From Alphaproteobacteria bacterium (GTDB lineage: Bacteria; Pseudomonadota; Alphaproteobacteria; UBA7887), in the NCBI GenBank assembly GCA_028289725.1, contig JANQOH010000149.1, positions 1 to 36,240 of the forward strand: a stretch of DNA of 36,240 nt, read 5' to 3'. Made by a program: the position numbers and the translations under genes. The notes below the pieces were generated by a model. That model searched no databases. It was not told the DNA's origin and saw only the letters and a program-made list of their open reading frames with translations. Positions 1 through 8,512 of the stretch are shown one piece after another. Position 1 is the first letter of the stretch. Each line of letters opens with the position of its first letter.

Positions 1-207
1 AAAGCCTTTACCGCTGCCGTGCTTGGTGGGATTGGCTCACTGCCCGGCGCCATGCTCGGTGGCCTTTTGCTGGGCATGGTTGAGGCATTTTGGTCCGGCT
101 ACTTCACGGTCGAGTACAAGGATGTGGCCGCATTTAGCATTCTGGTGCTTGTCTTGATCTTCCGTCCGACGGGGCTGCTCGGGCGGCCAGAAATCGAGAA
201 AGTGTAA
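1..207 (+). CDS. livH: Branched-chain amino acid ABC transporter permease LivH, C-terminal fragment (5' end outside window)
   Basis: Frame 1 is open from base 1. The tail KAFTAAVLGGIGSLPGAMLGGLLLGMVEAFWSGYF...LIFRPTGLLGRPE matches the conserved LivH C-terminus. livM starts 4 nt after the stop. Confidence 0.85.
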   Translation, partial: KAFTAAVLGGIGSLPGAMLGGLLLGMVEAFWSGYFTVEYKDVAAFSILVLVLIFRPTGLLGRPEIEKV

Positions 208-211
208 CCGC

Positions 212-1507
212 GTGAGCGACACGACGATGGCCGCTCCCTCCGGCGTCGATTTCGGCCGTATCCTGAGAGAAGCGGTGCTTGCCGCTGCTGTTGCCGCAAT
301 CCTCGGGCTGCCGCTCCTCGGTCTTCGATTGGTCTCGGGCACGAAAGGTCTTCAAGTAGACCAACGGTGGGACTGGCTCGTTATCGGCGTGCTCGCGGTC
401 TTTTTTGGTCGGATGGCGCTCGCCTTCTTGCGGGGCGCCAAGCCGGCCTTTGCCAAGGCGGGCGAAGGCGCTGGCGTCGTGGGTCAGTTCGTCCGCCAAC
501 AACAGCGGCCGCTCGGCGTCGCCGCGCTTGGTTTCGCGCTTATTCTGCCATTCATGCCGTTTTCGGATCGCTATGTGGTCGACGTCACCACCTTGGTGCT
601 GATTTACGTCATGTTGGGCTGGGGACTGAACATCGTCGTCGGTCTGGCCGGATTGCTCGACCTCGGCTACGTCGCGTTTTATGCCGTTGGCGCCTATAGC
701 TTCGCGCTACTTGGAACAACGTTCGACTGGTCATTCTGGGTGTGTCTGCCCATCGCTGGTCTGTGTGCGGCGATGTTCGGCGTTCTCCTCGGCTATCCGG
801 TGCTCAGGCTGCGCGGCGATTATCTAGCGATCGTCACACTGGGCTTCGGTGAAATAATCCGGCTGGTTCTCACCAATTGGGTCGAGTTCTCAGGGGGCCC
901 AAACGGTATTCCCGGAATTCCGAGGCCTGAATTTTTCGGTTTGGAATTTTCGCGGAATCCGGAAAGCGGTCAAAGTTTCCACGAATTTTTTGGCCTCAGC
1001 TTCTCCGGCGATCATCGGATCATATTCCTCTACTTCATCATTCTGGCGCTCGCGCTGATCACCAATTTATTCGTGCTGCGCATTCGCAGATTGCCGGTGG
1101 GACGCGCATGGGAGGCGCTGCGCGAAGACGAGATTGCTTGCCGGTCCCTCGGTATCAATCCGGTCAACACCAAGCTTTCGGCATTTGCCTTGGGGGCCAT
1201 GTTCGGCGGCTTTGCCGGCTCGTTCTTTGCGACGCGGTCGGGCTTTATCAGCCCCGAAAGCTTCACGTTCATCGAGTCCGCGATAATTTTGTCGATCGTT
1301 GTGTTGGGGGGCATGGGGAGTCAGATCGGTGTCGTTCTGGCGGCCATCGCGATCATCGTGGTGCCCGAGGTCCTACGCGAATTCTCGGAGTTCCGTATGC
1401 TCGCCTTTGGCGGCGCGATGGTTCTGATCATGGTGTGGCGGCCGCGCGGCTTGCTGGCCCACCGCGTACCGACGATCCGCCTGGGCGCAAAAGGGGGCGA
1501 TCCGTGA
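212..1507 (+). CDS. livM: Branched-chain amino acid ABC transporter permease LivM
   Basis: 431-aa polytopic membrane ORF with a GTG start. It carries LivM-type motifs (LDLGYVAFYAVGAY, LRGDYLAIVTLGFGEI, WEALREDEIA, LGGMGS) and sits between livH and livG. Confidence 0.9.
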   Translation: MSDTTMAAPSGVDFGRILREAVLAAAVAAILGLPLLGLRLVSGTKGLQVDQRWDWLVIGVLAVFFGRMALAFLRGAKPAFAKAGEGAGVVGQFVRQQQRPLGVAALGFALILPFMPFSDRYVVDVTTLVLIYVMLGWGLNIVVGLAGLLDLGYVAFYAVGAYSFALLGTTFDWSFWVCLPIAGLCAAMFGVLLGYPVLRLRGDYLAIVTLGFGEIIRLVLTNWVEFSGGPNGIPGIPRPEFFGLEFSRNPESGQSFHEFFGLSFSGDHRIIFLYFIILALALITNLFVLRIRRLPVGRAWEALREDEIACRSLGINPVNTKLSAFALGAMFGGFAGSFFATRSGFISPESFTFIESAIILSIVVLGGMGSQIGVVLAAIAIIVVPEVLREFSEFRMLAFGGAMVLIMVWRPRGLLAHRVPTIRLGAKGGDP

Positions 1508-2316
1508 GCAAGTCGTTGCTCACCGTTGAGCATTTGACCATGCGGTTTGGCGGTTTGTTGGCAATCGATGATTTGTCCTTCGATGCCGCGCCGCGGGAGA
1601 TCACCGCGATCATCGGCCCGAACGGCGCCGGCAAGACCACTGTGTTCAACTGTTTGACCGGTTTCTACAAACCAAGCGTCGGGCGTCTCACGCTCTTCGA
1701 TCGATCCGACAGGACCTTTCTGCTCGAGCGCATGGACGGTTTTCGAATCGCGCGCGCCGGCATCGCGCGCACTTTTCAGAACATCCGCCTGTTTCCCGCG
1801 ATGTCGGTTCTAGAGAACCTGGTCGTCGCGCAGCATCAAAAGCTTATGCGTGCGTCCGTGTTTTCGGTCGCCGGACTGCTTGGCCTCGCAAGTTACCGGA
1901 GGGCGGAAGCCGCCGCCGTGGATTTGGCGCGCTATTGGCTGGATCGGGTCGGGTTGGTCGATGACGCGGACCGCGCCGCCGGCGAATTGCCGTACGGCGC
2001 CCAGCGCCGGCTCGAGATCGCGCGCGCCATGTGCACCGAACCCGTGCTGCTTTGCCTGGATGAACCGGCGGCCGGTCTCAATCCCCGCGAGTCGGCGGAG
2101 CTAAATACACTTCTGCTCGATATTCGCGAGAGCCAGGGGGTCGGGCTCCTGCTAATCGAGCATGACATGAGTGTGGTGATGGAGATCTCGGATCATATCG
2201 TCGTGCTCGACTATGGCCGAAAAATTGCCGACGGCACCCCTGAGCAGGTGCGCAACGACCCGGCGGTGATACGCGCCTATCTCGGCGAGGCCGACGAAGA
2301 TGAGGGTGCGGCGTAA
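1504..2316 (+). CDS. livG: Branched-chain amino acid ABC transporter ATP-binding protein LivG
   Basis: GTG at 1504 overlaps the livM stop (GTGA). N-terminus is VSKSLLTVEHLTMRFGGLLAIDD, with Walker A GPNGAGKTT, signature LPYGAQRRLEIARA and Walker B LLCLDEPAAG. The 1108 start of the track ORF is an in-frame read-through inside livM. Confidence 0.92.
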   Translation: MSKSLLTVEHLTMRFGGLLAIDDLSFDAAPREITAIIGPNGAGKTTVFNCLTGFYKPSVGRLTLFDRSDRTFLLERMDGFRIARAGIARTFQNIRLFPAMSVLENLVVAQHQKLMRASVFSVAGLLGLASYRRAEAAAVDLARYWLDRVGLVDDADRAAGELPYGAQRRLEIARAMCTEPVLLCLDEPAAGLNPRESAELNTLLLDIRESQGVGLLLIEHDMSVVMEISDHIVVLDYGRKIADGTPEQVRNDPAVIRAYLGEADEDEGAA

Positions 2317-3026
2317 TGCTGTCGGTTGAAGGCCTGCATACGTTCTACGGCCCGATCGAGGCGTTGAGAGGGGTCGACCTCTCCGTGGCTTCCGGCGAAA
2401 TCGTCACTTTGATCGGCGCCAACGGGGCCGGGAAGTCGACCCTGCTCATGACGATTTGCGGCACGCCGCGCGCCGCACGCGGTCGGATCAGTTTCGAGGG
2501 CAATGACATAAGCCAGTTGCCCACGTACCAGATAATTCGACGCGGGATCGCGCAATCGCCTGAAGGCCGCCGGATATTTCCGCGCATGACCGTGATGGAA
2601 AACCTTCAGATGGGCGCGGTGACGGCCGACGAAGATCACTTCGACGAAGATCTGGAAAGAATCTTGTCGATTTTTCCGATCTTGGGTGAGCGTCGCGACC
2701 AACGCGGGGGCACTTTGTCGGGTGGCGAGCAGCAAATGCTTGCAATCGGAAGGGCGCTGATGAGCCGCCCGCGTCTCCTGTTGCTCGACGAACCATCGCT
2801 CGGGCTCGCACCCTTATACGTCAAGCAAATCTTCGACGTGATCCGGGAGATCAACGAACGCGACGGCATGACGATCCTATTGGTCGAGCAAAACGCCTAC
2901 CATGCGCTCCGTTTGGCTCATCGCGGCTACGTCATGGCCAACGGCAAAATCGTCTTGGTCGGGACAGGAAGCGAATTGCTCGCCAACGAAGAGGTCCAAA
3001 ATGCGTATTTGGAGGGCGGCCACTAA
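2316..3026 (+). CDS. livF: Branched-chain amino acid ABC transporter ATP-binding protein LivF
   Basis: The ATG overlaps the livG stop (TAATG). Walker A GANGAGKST, signature LSGGEQQMLAIGRAL, Walker B LLLLDEPSLGLAP. Confidence 0.93.
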   Translation: MLSVEGLHTFYGPIEALRGVDLSVASGEIVTLIGANGAGKSTLLMTICGTPRAARGRISFEGNDISQLPTYQIIRRGIAQSPEGRRIFPRMTVMENLQMGAVTADEDHFDEDLERILSIFPILGERRDQRGGTLSGGEQQMLAIGRALMSRPRLLLLDEPSLGLAPLYVKQIFDVIREINERDGMTILLVEQNAYHALRLAHRGYVMANGKIVLVGTGSELLANEEVQNAYLEGGH

Positions 3027-3377
3027 ATGATTGTTCCCTTTAGCGGCACCTCTATTGGCGTGTTCATCGGCGTTACGTTGGTGCTCGGCGGCGGCACGGC
3101 GATTCTGACCGGCCAAGCGATCGCCGGGACATGGCGACCGGTGTGGCAGGTCGTGTTCGCGAGCATCGGGCTCGGCCTCGCGGATCGATTTTTGGTATTC
3201 TCATTGTTCGACGGCGACTTGTTCTCGCCGCTTGGATATTTGGCCGATACCGCCGTTATCATGGTGTTTGGCCTCGTCGCATACCGCCTTGCCTGGGTGC
3301 GAAATATGCAGATTCAGTATCCTTGGCTTTATGAGCGAGCGGGTTTGTGGCGCTTGCGGCCGCGCCGAGGAACTTAG
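3027..3377 (+). CDS. Small integral membrane protein of unknown function, co-transcribed with livF (resembles DUF6867-type proteins)
   Basis: The ATG directly abuts the livF stop codon. The 116-aa product has three predicted hydrophobic helices and a basic tail. The DUF6867 family name is from memory, not from a search. Confidence 0.6.
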   Translation: MIVPFSGTSIGVFIGVTLVLGGGTAILTGQAIAGTWRPVWQVVFASIGLGLADRFLVFSLFDGDLFSPLGYLADTAVIMVFGLVAYRLAWVRNMQIQYPWLYERAGLWRLRPRRGT

Positions 3378-3485
3378 CGTGGTCTATTCGCTTTTGCTTT
3401 GTGTTTACAATTGGTGCCCGTTCTTTTGATCGGGCTCGCGTTTGGAGAACCTAATACCGCCTTTGGTTGGCGGTAAGGAGGAGAC

Positions 3486-4649
3486 ATGAAGACGTGGCAT
3501 TGGGTCGTTGTCGTGGTCGTCGTGGTCGTGGCGGCGGGTGCCTACATCCTGAACAGCGCCCGACAGGGCGGTGAGCAGCAAGCGGGCGCGCCGGACCAAG
3601 CGGCGCCGGGCGATGCGATCGTCATCGGCACCGCCGGACCGGTCACCGGACAATACGCGATTTTCGGCGATCAATTGGTCCGTGGCGCCACCAAGGCGGT
3701 CGCGGACATCAACGCCGCAGGAGGCGTGTTGGGCCGGCAATTGGTGCTAGAGATCGGTGACGATGCCTGCGAGGCGAAGCAAGCGGTTGCCGTGGCCAAT
3801 CAGATGGTCAACAAGGGCGCCGTGTTCATGGCTGGCCACTTTTGTTCCTCGACCTCGATTCCAGCATCCGAGGTCTATAGCGAAGAGGGAATCCTGCAAA
3901 TTTCGCCGGCGTCGACCAATCCGGTGCTGACGGAACAAGGCTTTACCAACGTCTTCCGGACGTGTGGCCGAGACGACCAGCAAGGCCTTGTCGCCGGCGA
4001 TTTCCTGACCAAGCATTTTGGTGACAAGAAAATCGCGATCCTTCATGACAAAACGGCCTATGGCAAAGGACTCGCGGACGAGACGAAAAAGGCTCTCAAC
4101 GCTAGCGGCATTACTGAATCCTTGTACGAGGCGTACACGGCCGGTGAGAAAGATTACTCCGCCTTGGTGAGCAAGCTGAAGGAGGGGGCGATCGACGTCG
4201 TTTACCTCGGCGGCTATCACACGGAGGCCGGCTTGATCCTGCGGCAAGCACGCGAGCAGGGCTTGATGGCACAGCTCGTGTCCGGCGACGCGTTGGTCAC
4301 CGAGGAGTTTTGGTCCATCACGGGCGACGCCGGTCAAGGCACATTGTTCTCCTTCAGTCCGGATCCCGCGAAGAACCCGGCAGCGGCGGCCGTTGTCGAA
4401 AGTTTCTTGGCGGATGGGTACAAGCCAGAGGGTTACACGCTCTACACCTATGCGGCGATACAAGTGTTTGCCCAAGCGGCCGAAGCAGCCGGAAGTACGG
4501 ACATCGATGCGCTTGTGTCAGCCATGCGCGCCGGCAATTTCTCAACCGTGCTGGGTGACATTTCCTTTGACGACAAGGGCGATGTCAGTGCGCCGGGCTA
4601 CGTGTTCTACGAATGGAAAAACGGCGCCTACGATTACACTGAGATGTAG
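3486..4649 (+). CDS. livJ: Branched-chain amino acid ABC transporter substrate-binding protein (LivJ/LivK family)
   Basis: AAGGAGGAG RBS lies 5 nt upstream of the ATG. Type I periplasmic binding protein motifs are present (IVIGTAGPVTGQYAIFG, VVYLGGYHTEAG). The N-terminal hydrophobic segment contains nine consecutive Val. Confidence 0.88.
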   Translation: MKTWHWVVVVVVVVVAAGAYILNSARQGGEQQAGAPDQAAPGDAIVIGTAGPVTGQYAIFGDQLVRGATKAVADINAAGGVLGRQLVLEIGDDACEAKQAVAVANQMVNKGAVFMAGHFCSSTSIPASEVYSEEGILQISPASTNPVLTEQGFTNVFRTCGRDDQQGLVAGDFLTKHFGDKKIAILHDKTAYGKGLADETKKALNASGITESLYEAYTAGEKDYSALVSKLKEGAIDVVYLGGYHTEAGLILRQAREQGLMAQLVSGDALVTEEFWSITGDAGQGTLFSFSPDPAKNPAAAAVVESFLADGYKPEGYTLYTYAAIQVFAQAAEAAGSTDIDALVSAMRAGNFSTVLGDISFDDKGDVSAPGYVFYEWKNGAYDYTEM

Positions 4650-4665
4650 GGACGTAATCGCATAA

Positions 4666-4685
4666 GCCGCGCGTTAGCGCGCGGC
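4666..4685. terminator. Perfect 8-bp GC stem-loop between convergent livJ and the M23 peptidase gene (possible bidirectional terminator, no clear U-tract)
   Basis: gccgcgcg-ttag-cgcgcggc. The loop contains the stop codon of the minus-strand gene. Confidence 0.3.
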
Positions 4686-5519
4686 GATCGTGTCAGGCCG
4701 GCGCAGGAGCGGCAGGGGGTCAATGCGCCGGCCGTCGATTTCAAGGCGGAAGTCAACATGCGGACCGGTTGAGCGCCCGGTGCTTCCGACATGACCGATC
4801 GCTTGGCCGCGATGAACCAATTGCCCAGTCTCCACAATGTAGTCCCGGAGATGCCCGTATGTGGCGGTTGATCCGTCGCGGTACGACAACATGACGTAAC
4901 GACCGAGCCGGGGATGGTCGCCGACGGCGTGCACGACGCCGTGCGATGTTGCGACGACGATTGACCCTTTGGCCGCGGCGATGTCGACAGCGCCGTGGAA
5001 CGCCGGTTCGCCTGTAAACGGATCGGTACGCCAACCGAAGTTTGACGTGACGCGGCTTTCGGCTCCGGGATCAATCGGCCAAATATGATCGCTGACACCG
5101 GGGATCTCGCGCGCAAAGTCACGCGGCATTGGATCGAGCGCGCCAGGCGCGGCGTGAACGGCCGCGTCAAACAATGGAAACGCCGGACGGTCGGACAGCA
5201 TGGCCGCGATGCCCAGCGAGGCGGGGCCGGATCGGATGGTCACCGGGGGCAAACCGTTGCTTGAGCCGATTTGGGCCTTTGCCGGGGCGGGCCGAACTGG
5301 CATGGGCCCGGTCCTGTCGGTGCGCTTGATCGGCAAGAAACGTGCGGGTTGGGTCGGCACGTTTTGCCCCGCGCCGTGGGCGGCAACCGGAAGATATTGC
5401 GTTTTCGGCGCGCGTTCGATTGGAAAAAATTTGGCCTCAGCCGCAGGTGAATCCGACGCAAACGCGAGTAAGAAGGGGGCTGTCAGGGCCAAAACGAGGG
5501 TTGCTTTGAATCTCGACAT
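4674..5519 (-). CDS. Secreted M23 (LytM-type) family peptidase
   Basis: Signal peptide MSRFKATLVLALTAPFLLAFA. M23 motifs FHGAVDI (HxxxD), YGHL and GSTGRSTGPHVDF, where the usual PHLHF is changed. Confidence 0.85.
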   Translation of the reverse strand: MSRFKATLVLALTAPFLLAFASDSPAAEAKFFPIERAPKTQYLPVAAHGAGQNVPTQPARFLPIKRTDRTGPMPVRPAPAKAQIGSSNGLPPVTIRSGPASLGIAAMLSDRPAFPLFDAAVHAAPGALDPMPRDFAREIPGVSDHIWPIDPGAESRVTSNFGWRTDPFTGEPAFHGAVDIAAAKGSIVVATSHGVVHAVGDHPRLGRYVMLSYRDGSTATYGHLRDYIVETGQLVHRGQAIGHVGSTGRSTGPHVDFRLEIDGRRIDPLPLLRRPDTIAAR

Positions 5520-5616
5520 CGTACATCGGCGGCTGGTGCAAAGTTCGGGTCACCATTGATCTCAGCAAGCCACATGCCAAGACGCCGAGACTCGCTTCGT
5601 GATCTCATCTCTGCAC

Positions 5617-5649
5617 GAAAAAACCGCACGGACAGTTGCCCGCGCGGTT
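5617..5649 (-). terminator. Rho-independent terminator downstream of mucR
   Basis: On the minus strand AACCGCGCGG-loop-CCGUGCGGUU forms a 10-bp stem with one G-U pair. A U-run follows, the complement of the A-run at 5618-5623. Confidence 0.6.
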
Positions 5650-5741
5650 TTGTCCGGCGCTATGCCGCATCTAAGATCGCCTTAACTCTAACGTTGGTGC
5701 CGACTTACCCAGACCCCAATCCGTCAGGTGGATCAAAGTCG

Positions 5742-6191
5742 CTACGACCGTGACTTCCGTTTACGCCCGCCGCCGGCGCGCTTGCGGCCCAATCCGATTT
5801 TCTTTGCGAACTCCGACCGCTGTTTGGCGTAATTCGGCGCCACCATGGGATAATCGGCGGGAAGGCCCCATTTCGCCCGATAATCCTCTGGCGACATATC
5901 GTAATTCGTCCGGAGATGACGCTTCAGCATTTTGAGCTTCTTGCCGTCTTCGAGACATACGATGTAATCGGGCATGATCGAGCGGCGGATTGGAACCGGC
6001 GGTTTCGGCGCCTCCTTGGGCGCGGCATCGACCGGCGTGTTCATCTCGGACAATGAGCGATAAACGGTCTGGATCAGTTCTGGGATCTGGCCTGCAGGCA
6101 ATGCATTGTGGCTTACATATGCGGACACAATGTTCGCAGCCATGCCAAGAACCGACTCGGCACTGTCTATATTCGGGTTTTCAGTTGTCAT
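5742..6191 (-). CDS. mucR: MucR/Ros family transcriptional regulator
   Basis: N-terminal IVSAYVSHN and C-terminal DYIVCLEDGKKLKMLKRHLRTNYDMSPEDYRAKWGLPADYPMVAPNYAKQRSEFAKKIGLG are Ros/MucR hallmarks. I chose the ATG at 6191 (MTTENPN...). The in-frame ATG at 6221 is an alternative. Confidence 0.9.
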   Translation of the reverse strand: MTTENPNIDSAESVLGMAANIVSAYVSHNALPAGQIPELIQTVYRSLSEMNTPVDAAPKEAPKPPVPIRRSIMPDYIVCLEDGKKLKMLKRHLRTNYDMSPEDYRAKWGLPADYPMVAPNYAKQRSEFAKKIGLGRKRAGGGRKRKSRS

Positions 6192-6360
6192 TCTTTGTGC
6201 CTTAGAGCAAATATTACACACAAGCGTTTGTTTGCATTTTGCGTCAATAGTGTCAATACGTAAGTCCCAATAATATTAAAAATATTCGCAAGTAACAAAG
6301 TGGCTTGTAACCAGAAGACGTAATTTAGACAAGTTTGCTACTTAGTTGCTTTGAATTGTT
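6192..6360. promoter_or_regulatory. AT-rich promoter/operator island upstream of mucR (divergent from rpiB)
   Basis: A block of about 170 bp with far lower GC than its surroundings. It has three AATATT palindromes, a gtcaata direct repeat 10 bp apart (6241-6257) and many TpA steps. Confidence 0.5.
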
Positions 6361-6640
6361 ATCACTAAAGAGCGGCGTCCGGTCGCGACGCGATTCCAAC
6401 CGGTGATCAAATCTTACAAAAATTGCCCAGACGAGGTCCGAACTGTTGGATCCGTCGGCGCGTGCGACGTGCATATGCACTCAAGCGCGATATGGCAGTT
6501 GGCTTGAACTGCCTACCCTCGCAATACCGCGTCGGAACGTGGCGAGCCATACACCACATCTTGTGGCCGCGGACGCTAGCCGCGACAGTGAAGCTGTGCT
6601 AAGCAGCGCTCAAATCGATCCAATTCGGCGCGAGGCGCCC

Positions 6641-7087
6641 ATGACGCGAAAGCCATCATCCGAGACCATCGCGGTCGCTTCCGACCACGCGGGGTTCCCA
6701 TTGAAGGATCGATTGGCCAGTGAGTTGGGTGCTGCTGGGCTCAAAGTTCTCGATCTTGGGACCAACAATGCCGACTCGGTCGACTATCCAAAGTACGGCG
6801 AGGCGATGGCGCGCGCCTTGCTTGAGGGGCGCGCGGAACGTGGCGTGCTGATTTGCGGTACCGGAATCGGCGTGAGCATTGCGGCGAATCGGCATCGGGG
6901 CATTCGCGCCGCCGTGTGCCACAACGAAGAGACCGCTCGCCTCGCGCGCGCGCACAATGACGCAAACGTGCTCGTCATGGGCGGCCGAATCATTGATGAG
7001 GACACGGCAAGCGCGTGTTTGCGGGCGTTCTTGGATACGGAGTTTGAGGGCGGGCGCCATCAGCGAAGGGTTGAGATGCTGGATTGA
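6641..7087 (+). CDS. rpiB: Ribose 5-phosphate isomerase B
   Basis: IAVASDHAGFPLKDRL...VLICGTGIGVSIAANRHRGIRAAVCHNEETARLARAHNDANVLVMGGR is the RpiB/LacA/LacB signature. I chose the ATG at 6641. The 6446 start is an upstream in-frame extension. Confidence 0.9.
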   Translation: MTRKPSSETIAVASDHAGFPLKDRLASELGAAGLKVLDLGTNNADSVDYPKYGEAMARALLEGRAERGVLICGTGIGVSIAANRHRGIRAAVCHNEETARLARAHNDANVLVMGGRIIDEDTASACLRAFLDTEFEGGRHQRRVEMLD

Positions 7088-7179
7088 ATGCGTGAAACCG
7101 GCCAACAGCGAGACACACTCGGGTCTCGTCATCACAGGCACGGAAATCGAAGACACCGAATGAAACAAGGTTATTGTTC

Positions 7180-8493
7180 ATGAGATTTGATACGACCGCC
7201 GCGGCCCGCGAAAACATGCAGCGAGACGGATTGGCGGAGCAAGATCCAGAAGTTTTCGAAGCGATTTCAGACGAACTGCACCGGCAGCAAAGTCAAATTG
7301 AACTCATTGCTTCGGAGAATATTGTCAGCGAGGCGGTGCTGGCCGCCCAGGGTTCCGTACTGACCAACAAGTATGCGGAAGGCTACCCAGGTCGCCGCTA
7401 TTACGGCGGATGCGAATATGTCGACGTGGCCGAACAACTGGCCATCGATCGCGCCAAGCTCCTGTTCGATTGTGCCTTCGCGAATGTGCAACCGCACTCG
7501 GGCTCGCAAGCCAACCAAGGCGTCATGTTGGGGTTGGTCAAGCCCGGCGACACAGTGTTGGGCATGTCGTTGGCCGCCGGTGGGCATTTGACACATGGCG
7601 CGACGCCCAATTTGTCAGGCAAGTGGTTTAACGCGGTCCAATATGGCGTGCGCCGGCAAGATGGTTTGATCGACTTTGATGAGGTGGCATCACTCGCCGA
7701 AGAGCACCGGCCGAAACTGATTATCGCCGGCGGTTCTGCTTATCCGCGAACCATTGATTTTGAACGTTTCCGCGCGATTGCGGACTCGGTGGACGCGTTC
7801 CTGATGGTCGACATGGCGCATTTTGCCGGACTGGTGGCCGGTGGCGTTCATCCCAGTCCATTGCCGCACGCCCACGTTGTGACGACCACGACGCACAAGA
7901 CGCTGCGTGGTCCACGCGGCGGCATGATCCTGAGCAACGACCCGGAGATCGGTAAGAAGGTCAACAGCGCGATGTTCCCTGGATTGCAGGGCGGGCCGCT
8001 GATGCACGTTATCGCCGCCAAGGCGGTCGCCTTTAAGGAAGCTCTTGATCCTTCTTTCGCCACCTACGCCAAGGCGGTCGTTGATAATGCGCAGGCGCTC
8101 GGCTCCACGCTCCAGGCATGCGGTATCGACATCGTCTCGGGTGGGACGGACACGCATTTGCTGCTGGCCGACCTGCGGCCCAAGTCGCTGACCGGTAAAG
8201 TGACCGAACTGAGCCTCGAACGGGCGGGCCTGACCTGCAACAAAAACGCTGTTCCGTTCGATCCCGAAAAGCCAACGATTACGTCAGGCGTCCGACTGGG
8301 AAGTCCGGCGGCCACGAGTCGTGGATTCGGTGTCGCGGAGTTTCGTCGCGTCGGCGAACTGATTGGCGAAGTTATCGACGGCCTGGCGGCGTCCGGCGAG
8401 CAAGGCAATCGGGACGTCGAAGCCAGGGTTCGCCAAGAAGTGGGCGAGCTATGTCGAAAGTTCCCGATTTATGGCCGCATGGACGTTGGTTAA
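7180..8493 (+). CDS. glyA: Serine hydroxymethyltransferase
   Basis: [39 protein letters not shown] and the PLP-lysine motif [16 protein letters not shown]. The start is ambiguous among TTG 7174, ATG 7180 and ATG 7216. Confidence 0.93.
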   Translation: MRFDTTAAARENMQRDGLAEQDPEVFEAISDELHRQQSQIELIASENIVSEAVLAAQGSVLTNKYAEGYPGRRYYGGCEYVDVAEQLAIDRAKLLFDCAFANVQPHSGSQANQGVMLGLVKPGDTVLGMSLAAGGHLTHGATPNLSGKWFNAVQYGVRRQDGLIDFDEVASLAEEHRPKLIIAGGSAYPRTIDFERFRAIADSVDAFLMVDMAHFAGLVAGGVHPSPLPHAHVVTTTTHKTLRGPRGGMILSNDPEIGKKVNSAMFPGLQGGPLMHVIAAKAVAFKEALDPSFATYAKAVVDNAQALGSTLQACGIDIVSGGTDTHLLLADLRPKSLTGKVTELSLERAGLTCNKNAVPFDPEKPTITSGVRLGSPAATSRGFGVAEFRRVGELIGEVIDGLAASGEQGNRDVEARVRQEVGELCRKFPIYGRMDVG

Positions 8494-8512
8494 GCAAAGT
8501 TGAGGGTTATTG

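Noticed and set aside
1108-1503. N-terminal 132-aa extension of the livG ORF
   Set aside because: It lies inside livM in another frame. The LivG homology begins at GTG 1504, which is coupled to the livM stop.
7088-7179. Possible ZTP riboswitch before glyA, and a possible FMN (RFN) riboswitch before the rib genes (8494-8512, 8958-9000)
   Set aside because: No pfl/ZTP or RFN consensus elements are visible. The intergenic spaces are too short, and ribD overlaps or abuts nrdR.
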